Below are positions 50,493 to 64,000 of a stretch of DNA of 64,000 nucleotides, in pieces (the first letter of the stretch is position 1; each line of letters opens with the position of its first letter). The stretch is taken from NCBI RefSeq assembly GCF_001194135.2, contig NC_068982.1, positions 180,472,774-180,536,773 on the forward strand, read 5' to 3'. The DNA comes from Octopus bimaculoides. Its lineage: Eukaryota. The notes below the pieces were generated by a model. The model saw only the letters and a program-made list of their open reading frames with translations. It made no database searches and was not told the DNA's origin. The position numbers and the translations under genes are program-made.

Positions 50493-51502
50493 ATGGCCCC
50501 CAACACTGACGTCATATACCTTGATTTCATCAAGGCATTTGATAGAGTGGACCACAAAATCCTGCTGAAGAAACTGTCCAATATTGAAGTTCGTGGAAAG
50601 CTGCTGCAGTCGATAAAGTATTTCTTGGCGAACAGAAACGAACATGTGTTTGAAGGAATAACATCCAGCTTCGCCAAAGTTAGTAGTGGTGTCGTACAAA
50701 GTACTGCGCTGTGCCAACTCTACATCAATGACATAGTAGACGTCATCAAACATTCTACATTAAAAATCTTTGTAGATGATTCCCAACTCCAGACAGCCAT
50801 AAACAGTATGGGAGACCGAACATGCCTCCAGTCGGATCTGCTTGCTGTTGTCCAATGGGCAGAAAAAAACAGTATGCTTCTAAATGAAGATAAATTTGAT
50901 TTGATCTACTTTCGAAAAGAGGATACTCTGAAATTACCACATGCTCTTCCCTCAGGCAACTCTCTGATGTCATCCAACAACACCAGAGACCTTGGAGCAA
51001 TTGTTGATAACAATCTAAGCTGGTGTTCCCACATAAATAGCAAGGTTGACTAGGCCCGCAAGATGTGCTCCTGGATTCTGAGAACTTTCAGGTCTAGAGA
51101 TCCCTACGCCATCATCCTCCTCTACTCTACTTTTGCCCGCCCCCACTTTGAATACTGTTGCCCACTGTGGTCTCCCCATACGAAGCAACTCATTATGAAA
51201 GTAGAAGCACTCCAGAGGTCAATAACAAGAAAGACAGACGGCTTGAGAGGCATTGATTACTGAGGTCGACTAAAAAAACTCAATCTCTACTCTCTAAAAC
51301 GCCGCCGGGAGCGCTACATTATTTCTGTGATGTGGAAAATATTCCCTCAATATTGCATAAATGATGTTGGCATCAATTTTAAAATCCATCCTAGACTTGG
51401 CCTCCACGCTTCCCGCCCATTACAAAAATCGAACTCAGGAAACATAAAAACATTATGTAACAACTACTTTACCTCAACCGGCCCAGCTCTCTTTAATACC
51501 AT
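50493..51502 (+). pseudogene. CR1-clade LINE reverse transcriptase, 5' truncated, 3' end in gap
   Basis: One frame with two stops: YLDFIKAFDRVDHKILL, SGVVQS, LYINDI, FVDD, RDLG, EYCCPLWSPH, RRRERY. Confidence 0.95.
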
Positions 51503-52034
51503 NNNNNNNNNNNNNNNNNNNNNNNNNNNNNNNNNNNNNNNNNNNNNNNNNNNNNNNNNNNNNNNNNNNNNNNNNNNNNNNNNNNNNNNNNNNNNNNNNN
51601 NNNNNNNNNNNNNNNNNNNNNNNNNNNNNNNNNNNNNNNNNNNNNNNNNNNNNNNNNNNNNNNNNNNNNNNNNNNNNNNNNNNNNNNNNNNNNNNNNNNN
51701 NNNNNNNNNNNNNNNNNNNNNNNNNNNNNNNNNNNNNNNNNNNNNNNNNNNNNNNNNNNNNNNNNNNNNNNNNNNNNNNNNNNNNNNNNNNNNNNNNNNN
51801 NNNNNNNNNNNNNNNNNNNNNNNNNNNNNNNNNNNNNNNNNNNNNNNNNNNNNNNNNNNNNNNNNNNNNNNNNNNNNNNNNNNNNNNNNNNNNNNNNNNN
51901 NNNNNNNNNNNNNNNNNNNNNTTCACCGATAATGGTGTTTACATACCGAATTGCTTGGTATTTACATACCGAATTGCTTAATTATTAATTTATTAATAAA
52001 TTAATACATTGATAATCCTTTACCCTCTTATTTG

Positions 52035-52093
<59 letters not shown>

Positions 52094-52189
52094 TATATAT
52101 ACACACACACACATATATATATAAATATATATAATATGTATGTGCGGGTGTGTATGTCTGTCCCTCTCTGTCTGTGTCTTTGTGTCAAT

Positions 52190-52340
52190 TGGTTTGTTTA
52201 CTCACCAGTAACTTAGCCGTTCAGCAAAAAGACAAAAGAGCATGTACCATGTTTAAAACAAAAATAAGGTCTGGAGTTGATTAATTCGACTAAAAATTCC
52301 TCAGTGCCGTATCCCAGCATGACTGCAGTCTAGTGACTCA
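52190..52340 (+). mobile_element. SINE family B 3' half downstream of a (TA)/(CA) array
   Basis: GTAACTTAGCCGTTCAGCAAAA...TTCGACTAAAAATTCC...CCCAGCATGACTGCAGTCTAGTGACT. Confidence 0.7.
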
Positions 52341-53340
52341 TTGTAGTCAATTCTAAAGTACATTTATAAACATGTATTTGTGTACATGTATGGACGTATG
52401 TAAATATATGTACGTATATCAGTATATGTGTGTGTGCATTTAAAGAAGTATGTATATNNNNNNNNNNNNNNNNNNNNNNNNNNNNNNNNNNNNNNNNNNN
52501 NNNNNNNNNNNNNNNNNNNNNNNNNNNNNNNNNNNNNNNNNNNNNNNNNNNNNNNNNNNNNNNNNNNNNNNNNNNNNNNNNNNNNNNNNNNNNNNNNNNN
52601 NNNNNNNNNNNNNNNNNNNNNNNNNNNNNNNNNNNNNNNNNNNNNNNNNNNNNNNNNNNNNNNNNNNNNNNNNNNNNNNNNNNNNNNNNNNNNNNNNNNN
52701 NNNNNNNNNNNNNNNNNNNNNNNNNNNNNNNNNNNNNNNNNNNNNNTATATATATATATATATCATATGTATGCATAACACTCACCAAAAGCATCTGCAT
52801 TCATGCACGCACGCATAAACAAGATGTGGTCCTTCATCTATGAGTATACAGGTTTTTTATTAACCTAATTACTTGCTCCAGAATCATTGTGAAAGTCGCA
52901 GAATGTTTCGCACATGTGGATACCATTAACCTAATTCTTACGTTGTACTTTTGGGACACAATGTGTGACATCGTTGCACTTTTTGCTTTTACAGATGCAA
53001 TCAACCAAACAGGATTCTACACAGTTTCTGTGTATCCAATTTCATTCATAAAGTACAAGAGGAGTGAAGACTATAGGAAGTATACCTACATGCACACGCG
53101 AACATACACGCGCGTTTTCAGTTTTGTCCATGTGCACGTGTGTGTGTGTGTGTATGCGTGTGTGCGCGCGTGAGCGCGTGCATGTATAAATGTTTGTGTG
53201 GGTGTATATGTATGCGCAAGCTTTTCACCAACGTGCAACGGCAAAATATTTAAAGTAAGAAGCGCATTTAATTCTACTACTACTACTACTACTACTACTA
53301 TGATGATGATGATGATGATGATGATGACGATGATGATAAT

Positions 53341-53549
53341 CCCTTGTATTATAGGCACATAGCTGGAAATTTTGTGCGAGGAGGCCAGTAGATAAGATCG
53401 ACACCAGTAGGCAACTGGTACTTAATTTATCTACCCCGAAGGATGAAAGGCAAAGTCGACCTCTGCAGATTTTGTTCTCAGAACGGGAAGACGAAATGCC
53501 GCGAAGCATTTTGCATGGCGTGTTAACGATTCTACCAGCTCACCGCCTC
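53341..53549 (-). mobile_element. SINE family A copy
   Basis: RC matches the full family; flanked by (AAT)n and (GAT)n(CTA)n. Confidence 0.9.
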
Positions 53550-56500
53550 AATAATAATAATAATAATGATTTTCCTTGAAATAATACTAATGTTCCGTGT
53601 TTCAGACACTGTTTTCTCTTTCGGTTTGTTGGAAATGCAACGAAAAGCTGTATCCGACAAATTAGTTGCTTAACAAATGCGATACAAAATTAAATTATTA
53701 TAGATCATACTTCCTGATACATTCTGGATATATGAATTGCAATGACCATGTAAAATCTACCACTGGACGCATTCAAATTTTCTGGAATATCCAGAATTTA
53801 CCCTCACTTGGTGCCTGAGACTTGTTTTCGCAGGAAGTTATTAATTAGAGTTTAACACTTTATTGCTACAAACAAAAGGCATTGTAAACTGATATCTTAG
53901 TCTTGGCATAGAAAATAATCAGATAAACAATACAAATATACTCTGTTGATAACTATCACACTTGTTGCAACATTACATTACTGTATTAGCTGGCGTTTTG
54001 ATCGTTGCACAGATTACTCCAAATTGTGTATTCTAGAAAATTTGTTAAAGTATGCATGTCACTAGAACGTCCACTTAAATGAGAAGGAGCAGCATACTCC
54101 TACACTTAATCATATGTTTAAAAACTACATATCTTGCATAGTTCGTACAAAGGAGGTGGTACTGTGGCATAGCCTGACAGCGAACCTAATATTTAAAAAG
54201 CTGTTTTAGACAGTTATTCACTGATGCGTTTATATGTATATTTAAATAGAGTGTGTAAATCGGAGTCTCTTCAACTAATGTCAATTGAACTTATCTACGT
54301 AATCTACACGATCCTCAGTCTTCGAAGAAATAACAACCAAATATCCCCCAAGCAGCACGCGACTGACCTGAAAAGAATAGGAAATTGAATAATGCAGTCT
54401 GAGATAAAGAATATCTGAAATAAAAAGTGGGATGCTGCGTGCTAGAATGTCATAGTTCTGCTCCCTCCTTGTAACCTTGGGGTAAGTAATAAAGAGAAGA
54501 AAATATGCCATTAGCCATTATTAATCCTGACCAGGTTCTAATGCACATGCAATGACTGTGATATGACTATCCGTATCTACAGGACAACTTTCTAGCTATT
54601 ACCTATAGCTAGGTTAAATATAAAATATATCCGGTGACATACTATACAACAAAATTCTTATCTTCGGATAAACATTATTAGCAGGAAGGAACTCATAACC
54701 AATAGTTAGTTAATCCAATATATATGACATCAATTCATCTCAGACTCATATTAGCAGGAACTGTATCTTCAAGACGAGCCTTTCTGTTCTGAGTTAAGAA
54801 ATACTTTACTTCTGAATCCGCAAATATTTACAAAGTAAGCGTCATCAACTTCTGAGAGATCATTGCTGTAGCTACACGCAGTAGCATTCCAATTCGTATG
54901 TAAAATAAAGACACCCGAGTGACTGGCTCAGTCACCAATTATTCTACCGTAACAGTCTCTGCGCTTTAGAACCTGTTATTATATTACCTACGCCCAAAAC
55001 TACCTGACCTATAACCCAATCCCTATTCTAATTACATTTTCTCTGAGAACATCATTCGATCTTCCTGCTGATATTGACTCCGGATGGGACTATTCATTTG
55101 AAATCTATAGAATTAATGCAAATCACTTACAAGATGAGATGATGTAATTAGAAACTATGCAGCTCCCAGCAGTTTTCTGAATTGATAATTGGCAATTTAG
55201 AAAGTAAAGTGCAGCATTGTTTTCAAGTTTGTATGGTTGAGCCTAATATTGTACATGTGTGGGCAATTACTCTTGTTGCTTTTTAATCCCAGGTCAACTT
55301 AATGAAACGAAGATTAAAAGTATTTCCCGTACGATTATTCAGTGTTGTTTTCAAAGTGTATTGGATAACAATATCTGTTTTCTTCCTGTTCTTGCTTGAG
55401 AGTGTAGAACGTGATTCCAGAGAGAGTCGTCTGCTATTTCTAGTTGTATGAGCGATGGAATAGAGGCTCTCTCGTTTGTTTCTGTATAGTAAAATCTTTT
55501 CATTGATATCTGGCGACACTCTCTAGGGTGTCTTTTGAAATCTGATTGATATCTGGCGACACTCTTTTGAAATAAAATTTTACATTTGGTGATATTATTT
55601 CTATATTTCTTTTAAATAAGGAAGTTGGAGTTCATATTTCACAATATTTTTCTAACCTTGTTTAACTCCTACTCAACAAACACATTACAAACTTCAAGGT
55701 CATTTATTAGTATAGACATGCAAAACTTTCATGTTTTTTCATTCTTTCCCGCCATGTAGTGCCAAGGAATTTTAGTACTTGGAAGTACTTGACGATACAC
55801 CGCTCGAATGTTAATTTTTATTTTAGCCAAATGTATAAGAATTCCTGTAATATTCAGAATGCCACTGTACTTAAGATGTTTATAGCATGAGAATGATGGC
55901 TTACGACATATTTAAATGTGATATATCCTCATGATAATGATGATAATGCAGAACGATCGAGATAATACTGTCAGCATGCATATCTGAGTTATTCTGAAAT
56001 AGCAGTAGCATAACATTAAAACGGAAACACTCGTGGTCTAAATAGTTATCTCTATCAGCTGCTTGTTTCTAATTTGTTGTTAACAATTCAACTTATATTC
56101 ATTGCATACTCATTGATAGAGGACTAAATGGTTGTCTAATTAGTAACTACGAAGATAAAAGCCAGTGGTATCATGCATACACACAGATAATGACAGAAGA
56201 ATGTTCACTTCCTTTATAAGAAATAATAGATAGTTGTTCCTCAAATTGTATTCTAGCATACTAAAAAATGAAAGACTATTTTGCGATACACAATATATGA
56301 AAAACAAAAGCGGATTACTGTTGTAAGACTTCAAACAAATATTATGTAATATTATACAGTACCAAATGAAATAAATAATCACTGTATGTGCATATAGCAT
56401 ATATAATTAATTCGATGCAATGATGAAACAATATAAAATATGATATTTATTATACCTAAATCAATAATATATAAAATATATAATAATTACAACAATAGAT

Positions 56501-56699
56501 AATGTAACACAAAATACAAACCTGGAAGGACTTACCAAAAAAGAAACTGTACAAAAGTGTTTAAAATATATAATGATTACTTGTAATGATTTGATTAGCG
56601 TATTAGAAGACATTCAATATATACTGTACGCTGAATAATATCTATAAAATATCTTATACTAAATAGAACAGTAATAAGACAGTTATCTTTGTTCGTTTA

Positions 56700-56890
56700 C
56701 CTTTTACTTGTTTGAAGGATCTGATCGTAGCCATGCTGGTGCACCGATTTAAAAAGACTTTTTAGTAGAACGAATCGACCCCTGTACTTATTGCTTCTTT
56801 TCAAGCCTGGTACTTATCCTATCGGTCTGTTTTGCCGAGCCGTCAAGTTACGTAAAGACACCAACACTGGTTATGAAGCGGTGGCAGGAT
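56700..56890 (-). mobile_element. SINE family B 3' half
   Basis: RC matches GTAACTTGACGGCTCGGCAAAACAGACCGATAGGATAAGTACCAGG...GGGGTCGATTCG...CAGCATGGC. Confidence 0.75.
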
Positions 56891-57299
56891 GGACATATTG
56901 GTATAATAGGAGACACTAAGTATATACACTAAAAGAAAATATATAATAAATATATAGTAATCGATGTGAAAACATATGTAATGTTTATGACAATGGGTGC
57001 CATAACAAATAAAAATAGAATTGGTGCGTAAGTATAGGCGTACGGAGTAACGAGTTCTCGAAATTAAAGTATTTAAGACTATCCAAAATAAATAAAATAA
57101 ATACATAAATAACCAAAAATCAGACATTTAACAGTTGAGATGGAGGTATCTAAATATTTTTAACGGTCTACCAAGTAATATGCATGATTTGATAGAATGT
57201 ACCACACTTTCGTCAATTGTTTACATGCTTATGTAATTCCGAGTCACGAGCAGCTACACCCCCCCCCCATCTTTACTCTGCAGAACATCGAAGATGCGG

Positions 57300-57450
57300 A
57301 AGCTGGATGGAGAAATAGTTGCATCACCATTAGGCTGGTACACATTTTCCACTCAGCCGACTAAGGCAATGTTGGACAAAATGCGCCACCCGCTCCATGA
57401 ATCGAAATTACAACATAATGATTGTTAGTTTGACACCCTAACCACTAGAT
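57300..57450 (-). mobile_element. Old tRNA-derived SINE-like fragment, third family
   Basis: RC begins TCTAGTGGTTAGGGTG (A-box-like) followed by TTCGATTC (B-box-like). Confidence 0.35.
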
Positions 57451-58020
57451 TACACATCCATTCTAAATGCTAAAGAGAATGACAATGGATCTTTTTCACA
57501 AGTGTAAGGGTAAACTATATTGCTCATGCTTATTTACAGAAAGACTTGCGATAAAAACACATATGTGCATATACTAACTCATCATACACAAACATGGAAA
57601 TACATTCAAACATTAGACATAATTATATGTTAGCGCCTTTCATTGAGAGTACGTGAATATACTCATTCTAAGAGGCTATCACGTAAATCCTCACTATTAT
57701 GAAGAGAGGAAAAAAAACTTATTTATAAATTTCTGACGTGAAGAGTTATTAAATAAAACCTTTAGAAATTGAAGTATGTGTCAATTCGTGTGCATTAAAA
57801 GTAATTATATAAACGTCTTGATAACAGCAGACACAGTTATAAAGAAATGACAGGAAATGTAATATGGACATTAAAAGTGATGACTTCAATTTTTGTGATG
57901 ATGTACTCATTGCAATAAAATTAGAACAACAAGTTAATTAAATAGTTAAATATTAGGTAACTGAAAGTTAATATTCAAATACATCATGACTACGTAAACC
58001 AAGCACTGAACATAAATTCA

Positions 58021-58064
<44 letters not shown>

Positions 58065-58541
58065 NNNNNNNNNNNNNNNNNNNNNNNNNNNNNNNNNNNN
58101 NNNNNNNNNNNNNNNNNNNNNNNNNNNNNNNNNNNNNNNNNNNNNNNNNNNNNNNNNNNNNNNNNNNNNNNNNNNNNNNNNNNNNNNNNNNNNNNNNNNN
58201 NNNNNNNNNNNNNNNNNNNNNNNNNNNNNNNNNNNNNNNNNNNNNNNNNNNNNNNNNNNNNNNNNNNNNNNNNNNNNNNNNNNNNNNNNNNNNNNNNNNN
58301 NNNNNNNNNNNNNNNNNNNNNNNNNNNNNNNNNNNNNNNNNNNNNNNNNNNNNNNNNNNNNNNNNNNNNNNNNNNNNNNNNNNNNNNNNNNNNNNNNNNN
58401 NNNNNNNNNNNNNNNNNNNNNNNNNNNNNNNNNNNNNNNNNNNNNNNNNNNNNNNNNNNNNNNNNNNNNNNNNNNNNNNNNNNNNNTATATCTATATATA
58501 TATATTCGCATATACGTAAGTGTATTCGATAATGTATAGAA

Positions 58542-58601
<60 letters not shown>

Positions 58602-59079
58602 GTGTGTGTGCGTGTGTGTGAATTTGTGAAAGCTAAAATATACATCATCTCATATATATCAGACATAACTGAATGTTTTTTTTCACACAAAAATGACTTA
58701 ATTTGGTTTTACATTTCAGGAATAGCATTTTGTTTCTTCGATCAAAACAAGCAGAAGTTTCATTAGAAAAACTCAAAATAAAAGCATATATGAAGTTTAG
58801 CTCTATTAAATGCCCCTACCTAATCGTACGAAGAAATAGAAATACACTTTAATAATATCTTCCTCAACGGTATGACAATTCTCCTAATGTCCGATGGCGA
58901 ATGCTATATATAACTAGGAATGAATGAAAAAATATCCTATGAAAGCATTTATAGCAGAGAACGCGTAATTTGATAGTATAACCAGGATTTAAAAAATATT
59001 GATCCCCGAAAGTTCCACATACAATAATTCAATAGCCCACAATATGTTCCCTAACTATACTCACATTATCATTTAGGCT

Positions 59080-60360
59080 ACTTGATTAGATGTCGAATGA
59101 TATCCGTGCTGGTAATGTGAACACTCGATAACTATTAACAACGACCAGACGTTTCCACATCAACAGTGGTGTAGACTGCCTCCAAGTAAAACAAAAACAC
59201 GGTTTATACACGATCAGCTGACTTATCTGTTTTCTTCCAAAGCATCTACTAACCATCAAAAGTAAAAGTGCAACCATGGATCAAGTCTGTTTATATGAAA
59301 AGCCGCACCTTGTCTTTGTCGCACAAAACTCCGGGCTCACCACACACCCCAGGTAATTCACAATTCGTTTTCACCCCAGAAATTCAGTTGGACATGCTTG
59401 ACTCTGTTGCTTCAGCGTATCAGTGACAGATCTCCAAAACTACTGGTGCATGGTATATTATCTCTCAAATTGAAGAGTATGATTTTATAATCCACAAACA
59501 GGTAGTACTCAAAATTATGTGATGCACAAACGGATAATGATACAGGTAAGTAATCGAGATATGTCAACTGATACAGACTGTGAATGAACTCCGACAATGT
59601 CACCACTACCTGCTAAAGTATCATAGTAATACTATTACCTATGCGATACAATATGGTGGTATGAACAATGCATTTAGTAGAAATGATAAAATCATATAAA
59701 AATACTGTGGTGTAAAAAGAATGTCATAACCATCACTTAAAATCGAAGATGACTTAGCTTGTAATATCATTTTGTTATTTCCAGTAGGTTCCTATCTGAT
59801 CACGAACAGTTCCAATTACTCTTGTAATCTTTGAGGCAGCAAAACATCAGGATGTAACAAATGGAGGGAGGAAAGTTGGCATTAACATTCGGGAAGTACA
59901 CTTTTCTGCTGAGTAGACAAGAACAATGTGAAGTATCTAATTTGTTCAAAACTACATGTTTCAGGAATCAAAGCTGCGATCTTATGAACCTTACTCTCTA
60001 ACTGGTAGCTCATTCATATATAATTATGCAGAATACCGGTGATATGATTCTATCAAAACTTCGGTAAAATGTAAGCTTAAAAGAACTGAGATAATGATCT
60101 AAGACGGGAAAAGGCAAGCGTACGCTGTAACACCAAACATATGTTAACATTATTCTAAAGATGAGCGCAAAGAAAACAGCTGTGTCGTACTAATGAGAAC
60201 TCTGTATATACTCCACCTGGACTATGAACCAAAAGTCATAACAATGAATATTAGGGCACTGGGATACTTATCTAAATTCCTCAGCATCAGGCTTGAGAAT
60301 ATAGGCGTTGCAAGACAGGAGAGGACACGCTTGTCACGGAATCGTGAAGAGATGTAAAAT
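59080..60360 (+). mobile_element. Old degraded RLE non-LTR element (R4/NeSL-like)
   Basis: NTR*LLTTTRRFHINSGVDCL; EYR*YDSIKTSVKCKLKRTEIMI*D; LMRTLYILHLDY...IRALGYLSKFL. Confidence 0.7.
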
Positions 60361-60433
60361 GTTGCAATACATACATACATACATATATACATACATACAT
60401 ACATACACACATACATGCATATATACATGCATA

Positions 60434-60478
<45 letters not shown>

Positions 60479-60619
60479 ACACAGACACACACACATATAT
60501 ATATATATCAACAAAATATTCAAACATTGAGATTTGAAATCAGATGTCACTACTGTGGATAAATTTTAAAATTTATGATGTCACCAGCAGTGACACAGAT
60601 GGAACTGTATATATATATA

Positions 60620-61038
60620 GGCGTAGGAGTGGCTGTGTGGTAAGTAGCTTGCTTACCAACCACATGGTCCCGGATTCAGTCCCACTGCGTGGCATCTTGG
60701 GCAAGTGTCTTCTACTATAGCCTCGGGCCGACCGATGCCTTGTGAGTGGATTTGGTAGACGGAAACTGAAAGAAGCCTGTCGTATATATGTATATATATA
60801 TATATATGTATGTGTGTATGTGTTTGTATGTCTGTGTTTGTCCCCCCAACATCGCTTGACAACCGATGCTGGTGTGTTTATGTCCCCGTAACTTAGCGGT
60901 TCGGCAAAAGCGACCGAAAGAATAAGTACTAGGCTTCCAAAGAATAAGTCCTGGGGTCGATTTGCTTGACTAAAGGCGGTGCTCCAGCATGGCCACAGTC
61001 AAAAGACTGAAACAAGTAAAAGAGTAAAAGAGTAAGAG
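60620..61038 (+). mobile_element. Complete SINE family B copy (tRNA head, CORE-like TTGGGCAAGT motif, internal (TA)/(TG) microsatellite, TAAAAGAG tail)
   Basis: A-box-like TGGCTGTGTGG, B-box-like GGATTCAGTCCC, internal STR ~60783-60835, end GACTGAAACAAGTAAAAGAGTAAAAGAG. Confidence 0.92.
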
Positions 61039-61152
<114 letters not shown>

Positions 61153-61194
61153 CACACACACACATATATATATTTTCTATATATATGGATAGAT

Positions 61195-61240
<46 letters not shown>

Positions 61241-61399
61241 ATCATATATAGAAGCATAAATGTAACCAAAGGTAAAGACATTGCCTATATTACTGCCAAG
61301 TGTAAGCGAATGATCTTTAGGTGCTAGCATTGCAATGATGGGTAGTTTCTCAGAACAAAACTTGCAGGAAAGGATTAAAAAGAAAGCGATATGTATATA

Positions 61400-61620
61400 A
61401 TGAGACTGATGAAGATATATTTGTGGTACCCGACAAAGTAAAAGGGAAGAGATCTGATATCCTTGTGTAGGCCTATATTCTAAAATCAAGTAGTTGTACG
61501 GAAGTCATCTGGCGACAAGATGTCAATGTCGTCTGAGTAGCATTGATGTTTAACTCAACAATTGCAATACCTGTTTGCACTGGTGCGCCAGGACATATAC
61601 CGATCTACCTTGGTAAACCT
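61400..61620 (-). mobile_element. Decayed RT remnant
   Basis: Minus strand CYSDDIDIL (YADD-like) downstream of YVLA (GCVLAP-like). Confidence 0.4.
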
Positions 61621-62347
61621 ATAGCTGATTCATGGAGAAAAGTTGCGATTCTTAGAAGGCTGTAGTTCCAAAATTCTTACGCTATAGGTGATCTATAGGT
61701 GATAACTATATGCAGGACAATATAAATCGACCAGATCTTTCTTAGAACTCAAAGGGTGAATAGTTACGTAGAAGAATGACGAAGCAAAGAAGCTTCTCTT
61801 TAAAAAATGAGGAAGTTAAAACAAACGTATGTATGATAGTTGACTGTAGAGGGAAAAAGAAAACAAACAAACAAACAAACAAATGAAAATCGCCTCTTCA
61901 CAAGTAATTTCATTTCCCAAAATAAGTGCAACACATACATTAGTGTACTGGTGTAAACACATACTTTAGTTTACAAATTGAGAAAATAACCTATAAGTAA
62001 ACAAAGTAACTGCCTTAACAAATAAGCAGACATCCAATTAATCACATAACTCAACAAATAATAAACTGGCAATTACGATTTAACTACTTACGAGAGAAAC
62101 GAATGGAATAATAAGACAAGCTCACCGAATTATCTAGTTTCTAACTAGTAAATCAAGAGGTAGCTGTACAGAGTGATTAACAGTGTTAGTTAAAGTGAAA
62201 TACGTCTTGATTAGGAGAAACTTCGTTAATATCTATTCCAATGAAACTACTTGAAACCTTGCATTACTGATGCTGTTATTCCACATCATGACATCACTAG
62301 TCTGTTTCAATTACTATCCTGAAACACTGAGTACATATGTAAATATA

Positions 62348-62386
<39 letters not shown>

Positions 62387-62467
62387 NNNNNNNNNNNNNN
62401 NNNNNNNNNNNNNNNNNNNNNNNNNNNNNNNNNNNNNNNNNNNNNNNNNNNNNNNNNNNNNNNNNNN

Positions 62468-62523
<56 letters not shown>

Positions 62524-62524
62524 G

Positions 62525-63945
62525 TACACAGGTAAGTTTGAAGGTTGCCTAACGAAGATAGTTCTCACCAAATTGGAACAACACAACAGTGTATTCCTTT
62601 TGGGTAATATTAAATTCTCCAATGTGGGATGGCCTGGGGGATAGATGCTCTCAAGAATGACACACCAGCAGTAAGCAGAGGTGGAGACCCTGCTCCAACT
62701 GAACAAGGTTTTTCTTTCATGAAGCAAATTGTGCTCTATGAAAGAGAACCTCAACCGGTATTGACCTAAATGTCTCTCCACATCTGACGTTCACATGAAA
62801 CAGAAGCATTTCATTCCCATAGTGCAAGCCATGTAGGAGAAATCTGTCCCAGAGTGCAGGGCCAACGTGCACAAAAGCAGGATCCCTAGAGAAAGAAGAT
62901 TCTTATGAGAAGTTGGACAAAGATTGCAAACCATCTGAGCAAGCACCCCAAAAGTGGCGCGAAGTCTCACCTGGAGAGAGCGCTGTTGGAGATTGAGAAA
63001 AGTCTACAATTTCACGAAAAGTACACAACAAGATAGGACCCCTCTTTCAAAAATATGGCTCCCTCACAAGAAACCCAATGACGATAAGTGAAATGCTTAA
63101 CGTACAGTTTCAAAACGTGTTCGCTACAACTCTGGGTAAGTGAACAACCCAGCTGAATTCCTTCTCACTATGCCTATAACCAAAGAGGCGAAAATTGATT
63201 ACATCAACATTAAAGAAGATGTAACACAGGCCATAGATGAGGTTGACACAAACTCAGCTGCTGGCCCCAATGGATTCGAAGCGGTCCATCTCAAATCGTC
63301 CAAACGAACCCTTGAAAACCACTGCAGCTTCTTTTACAGAGCTTTCTTGCAAGTGGTAAGTTCCCAGTCAAACTGAAGGAGAGGATAATATAGTCTACCC
63401 CTATGGGAGTAATCAGAAAACATGCTAAAAATTATACGACTATCTCTCTGACTTCACACATCAGGAATGTCATGGTACGAATATTCCGGAAGAAACTACT
63501 CGCCTTCTTTGAAGTAGATGATTTGCTGACTGACACCAAACCTGAATTTCGACCAGGTAGAAACTGCATAACACAGCTATTGAAACACTACGACTGGGTG
63601 TTGAAACAGCTGCTAAAAGACTCAATGTGGATGTGATATATCTCCGCTTTACAAAAGCCTTTTAATAAAGTCAACCATGGTATTATATGTCACAAACTGC
63701 GTGATTTTGGTATAGTCGGAAAACTTGGAGAGCGGCTGCATTACTTTCTAAAAGATAGACGTCAGGCAGTGGTGCCCAATGAGGGCCACCTCAAAGGAAA
63801 CAAATAGTAGTGTTCCACAGGGCACTATCTTAGGGCTATTGCTATTCCTTGAGGCCCTCTCAGACCTGCCCTCAGTTGCTCAGATAGCCACATTGCTAGT
63901 TATGCAGATGACGCAAAAGTCTCTCAGACAATACAAAATCCTGGA
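62525..63945 (+). pseudogene. CR1-clade LINE ORF2 fragment (endonuclease end to RT)
   Basis: FLLGNIKF.NVGW, SAAGPNG, KNYTTISLTSHI, FRPGRNC, DVIYL..TKAF, VPQGTILG..LF, YADD; many frameshifts. Confidence 0.92.
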
Positions 63946-64000
63946 ATTATTGGGTAAATTGTTGCCATTTATATTTTGAAATTTAGCGCATGCGCATTGT

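Noticed and set aside
51940-51980. 23-bp tandem duplication beside a gap
   Set aside because: Trivial slippage or contig-end artefact
54281-54511. Minus-strand terminal exon candidate after TTTTCAG
   Set aside because: No recognisable protein in any frame and no linked upstream exon
59664-59690. 20-bp similarity to an internal motif of the foldback TIR (AATGCATTTAGTAGARATGA)
   Set aside because: Short, AT-rich, does not extend, and lies within another element
60620-60690. tRNA-like A/B boxes here and in other SINE heads
   Set aside because: No cloverleaf; they are SINE promoters, not tRNA genes

Overview
AT-rich eukaryotic genomic DNA from a gapped short-read assembly: 15 N-runs, most flanked by (CA)n/(TA)n/(AAT)n arrays. 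Repeat content (two abundant tRNA-derived SINE families, dense microsatellites, CR1/R4/Tx1/Penelope retroelements) suggests a coleoid cephalopod, probably Octopus; this is recalled, not database-checked. No complete gene, rRNA, tRNA or CRISPR array is present, and nearly all long ORFs in the supplied track are gap or microsatellite artefacts. Supported content: two full-length dead Tc1/mariner elements (DD37D maT-like 5294-6590; DD34D mariner 43466-44760 nested in an R4-type LINE), a mariner MITE, several CR1 pieces, three RLE-type (R4/Dong-like) fragments, a Tx1 fragment, a Penelope GIY-YIG fragment and over 20 SINE copies or fragments. One plausible host exon encodes a signal peptide (20668-20749, +). 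Most unusual: a 580-bp inverted repeat whose arms together reconstruct a type-I hammerhead-like ribozyme (22210-22788), and a 2.1-kb foldback transposon with an 8-bp TSD and SINE-containing, internally repeated TIRs (38941-41067). I cannot confirm that either is undescribed.
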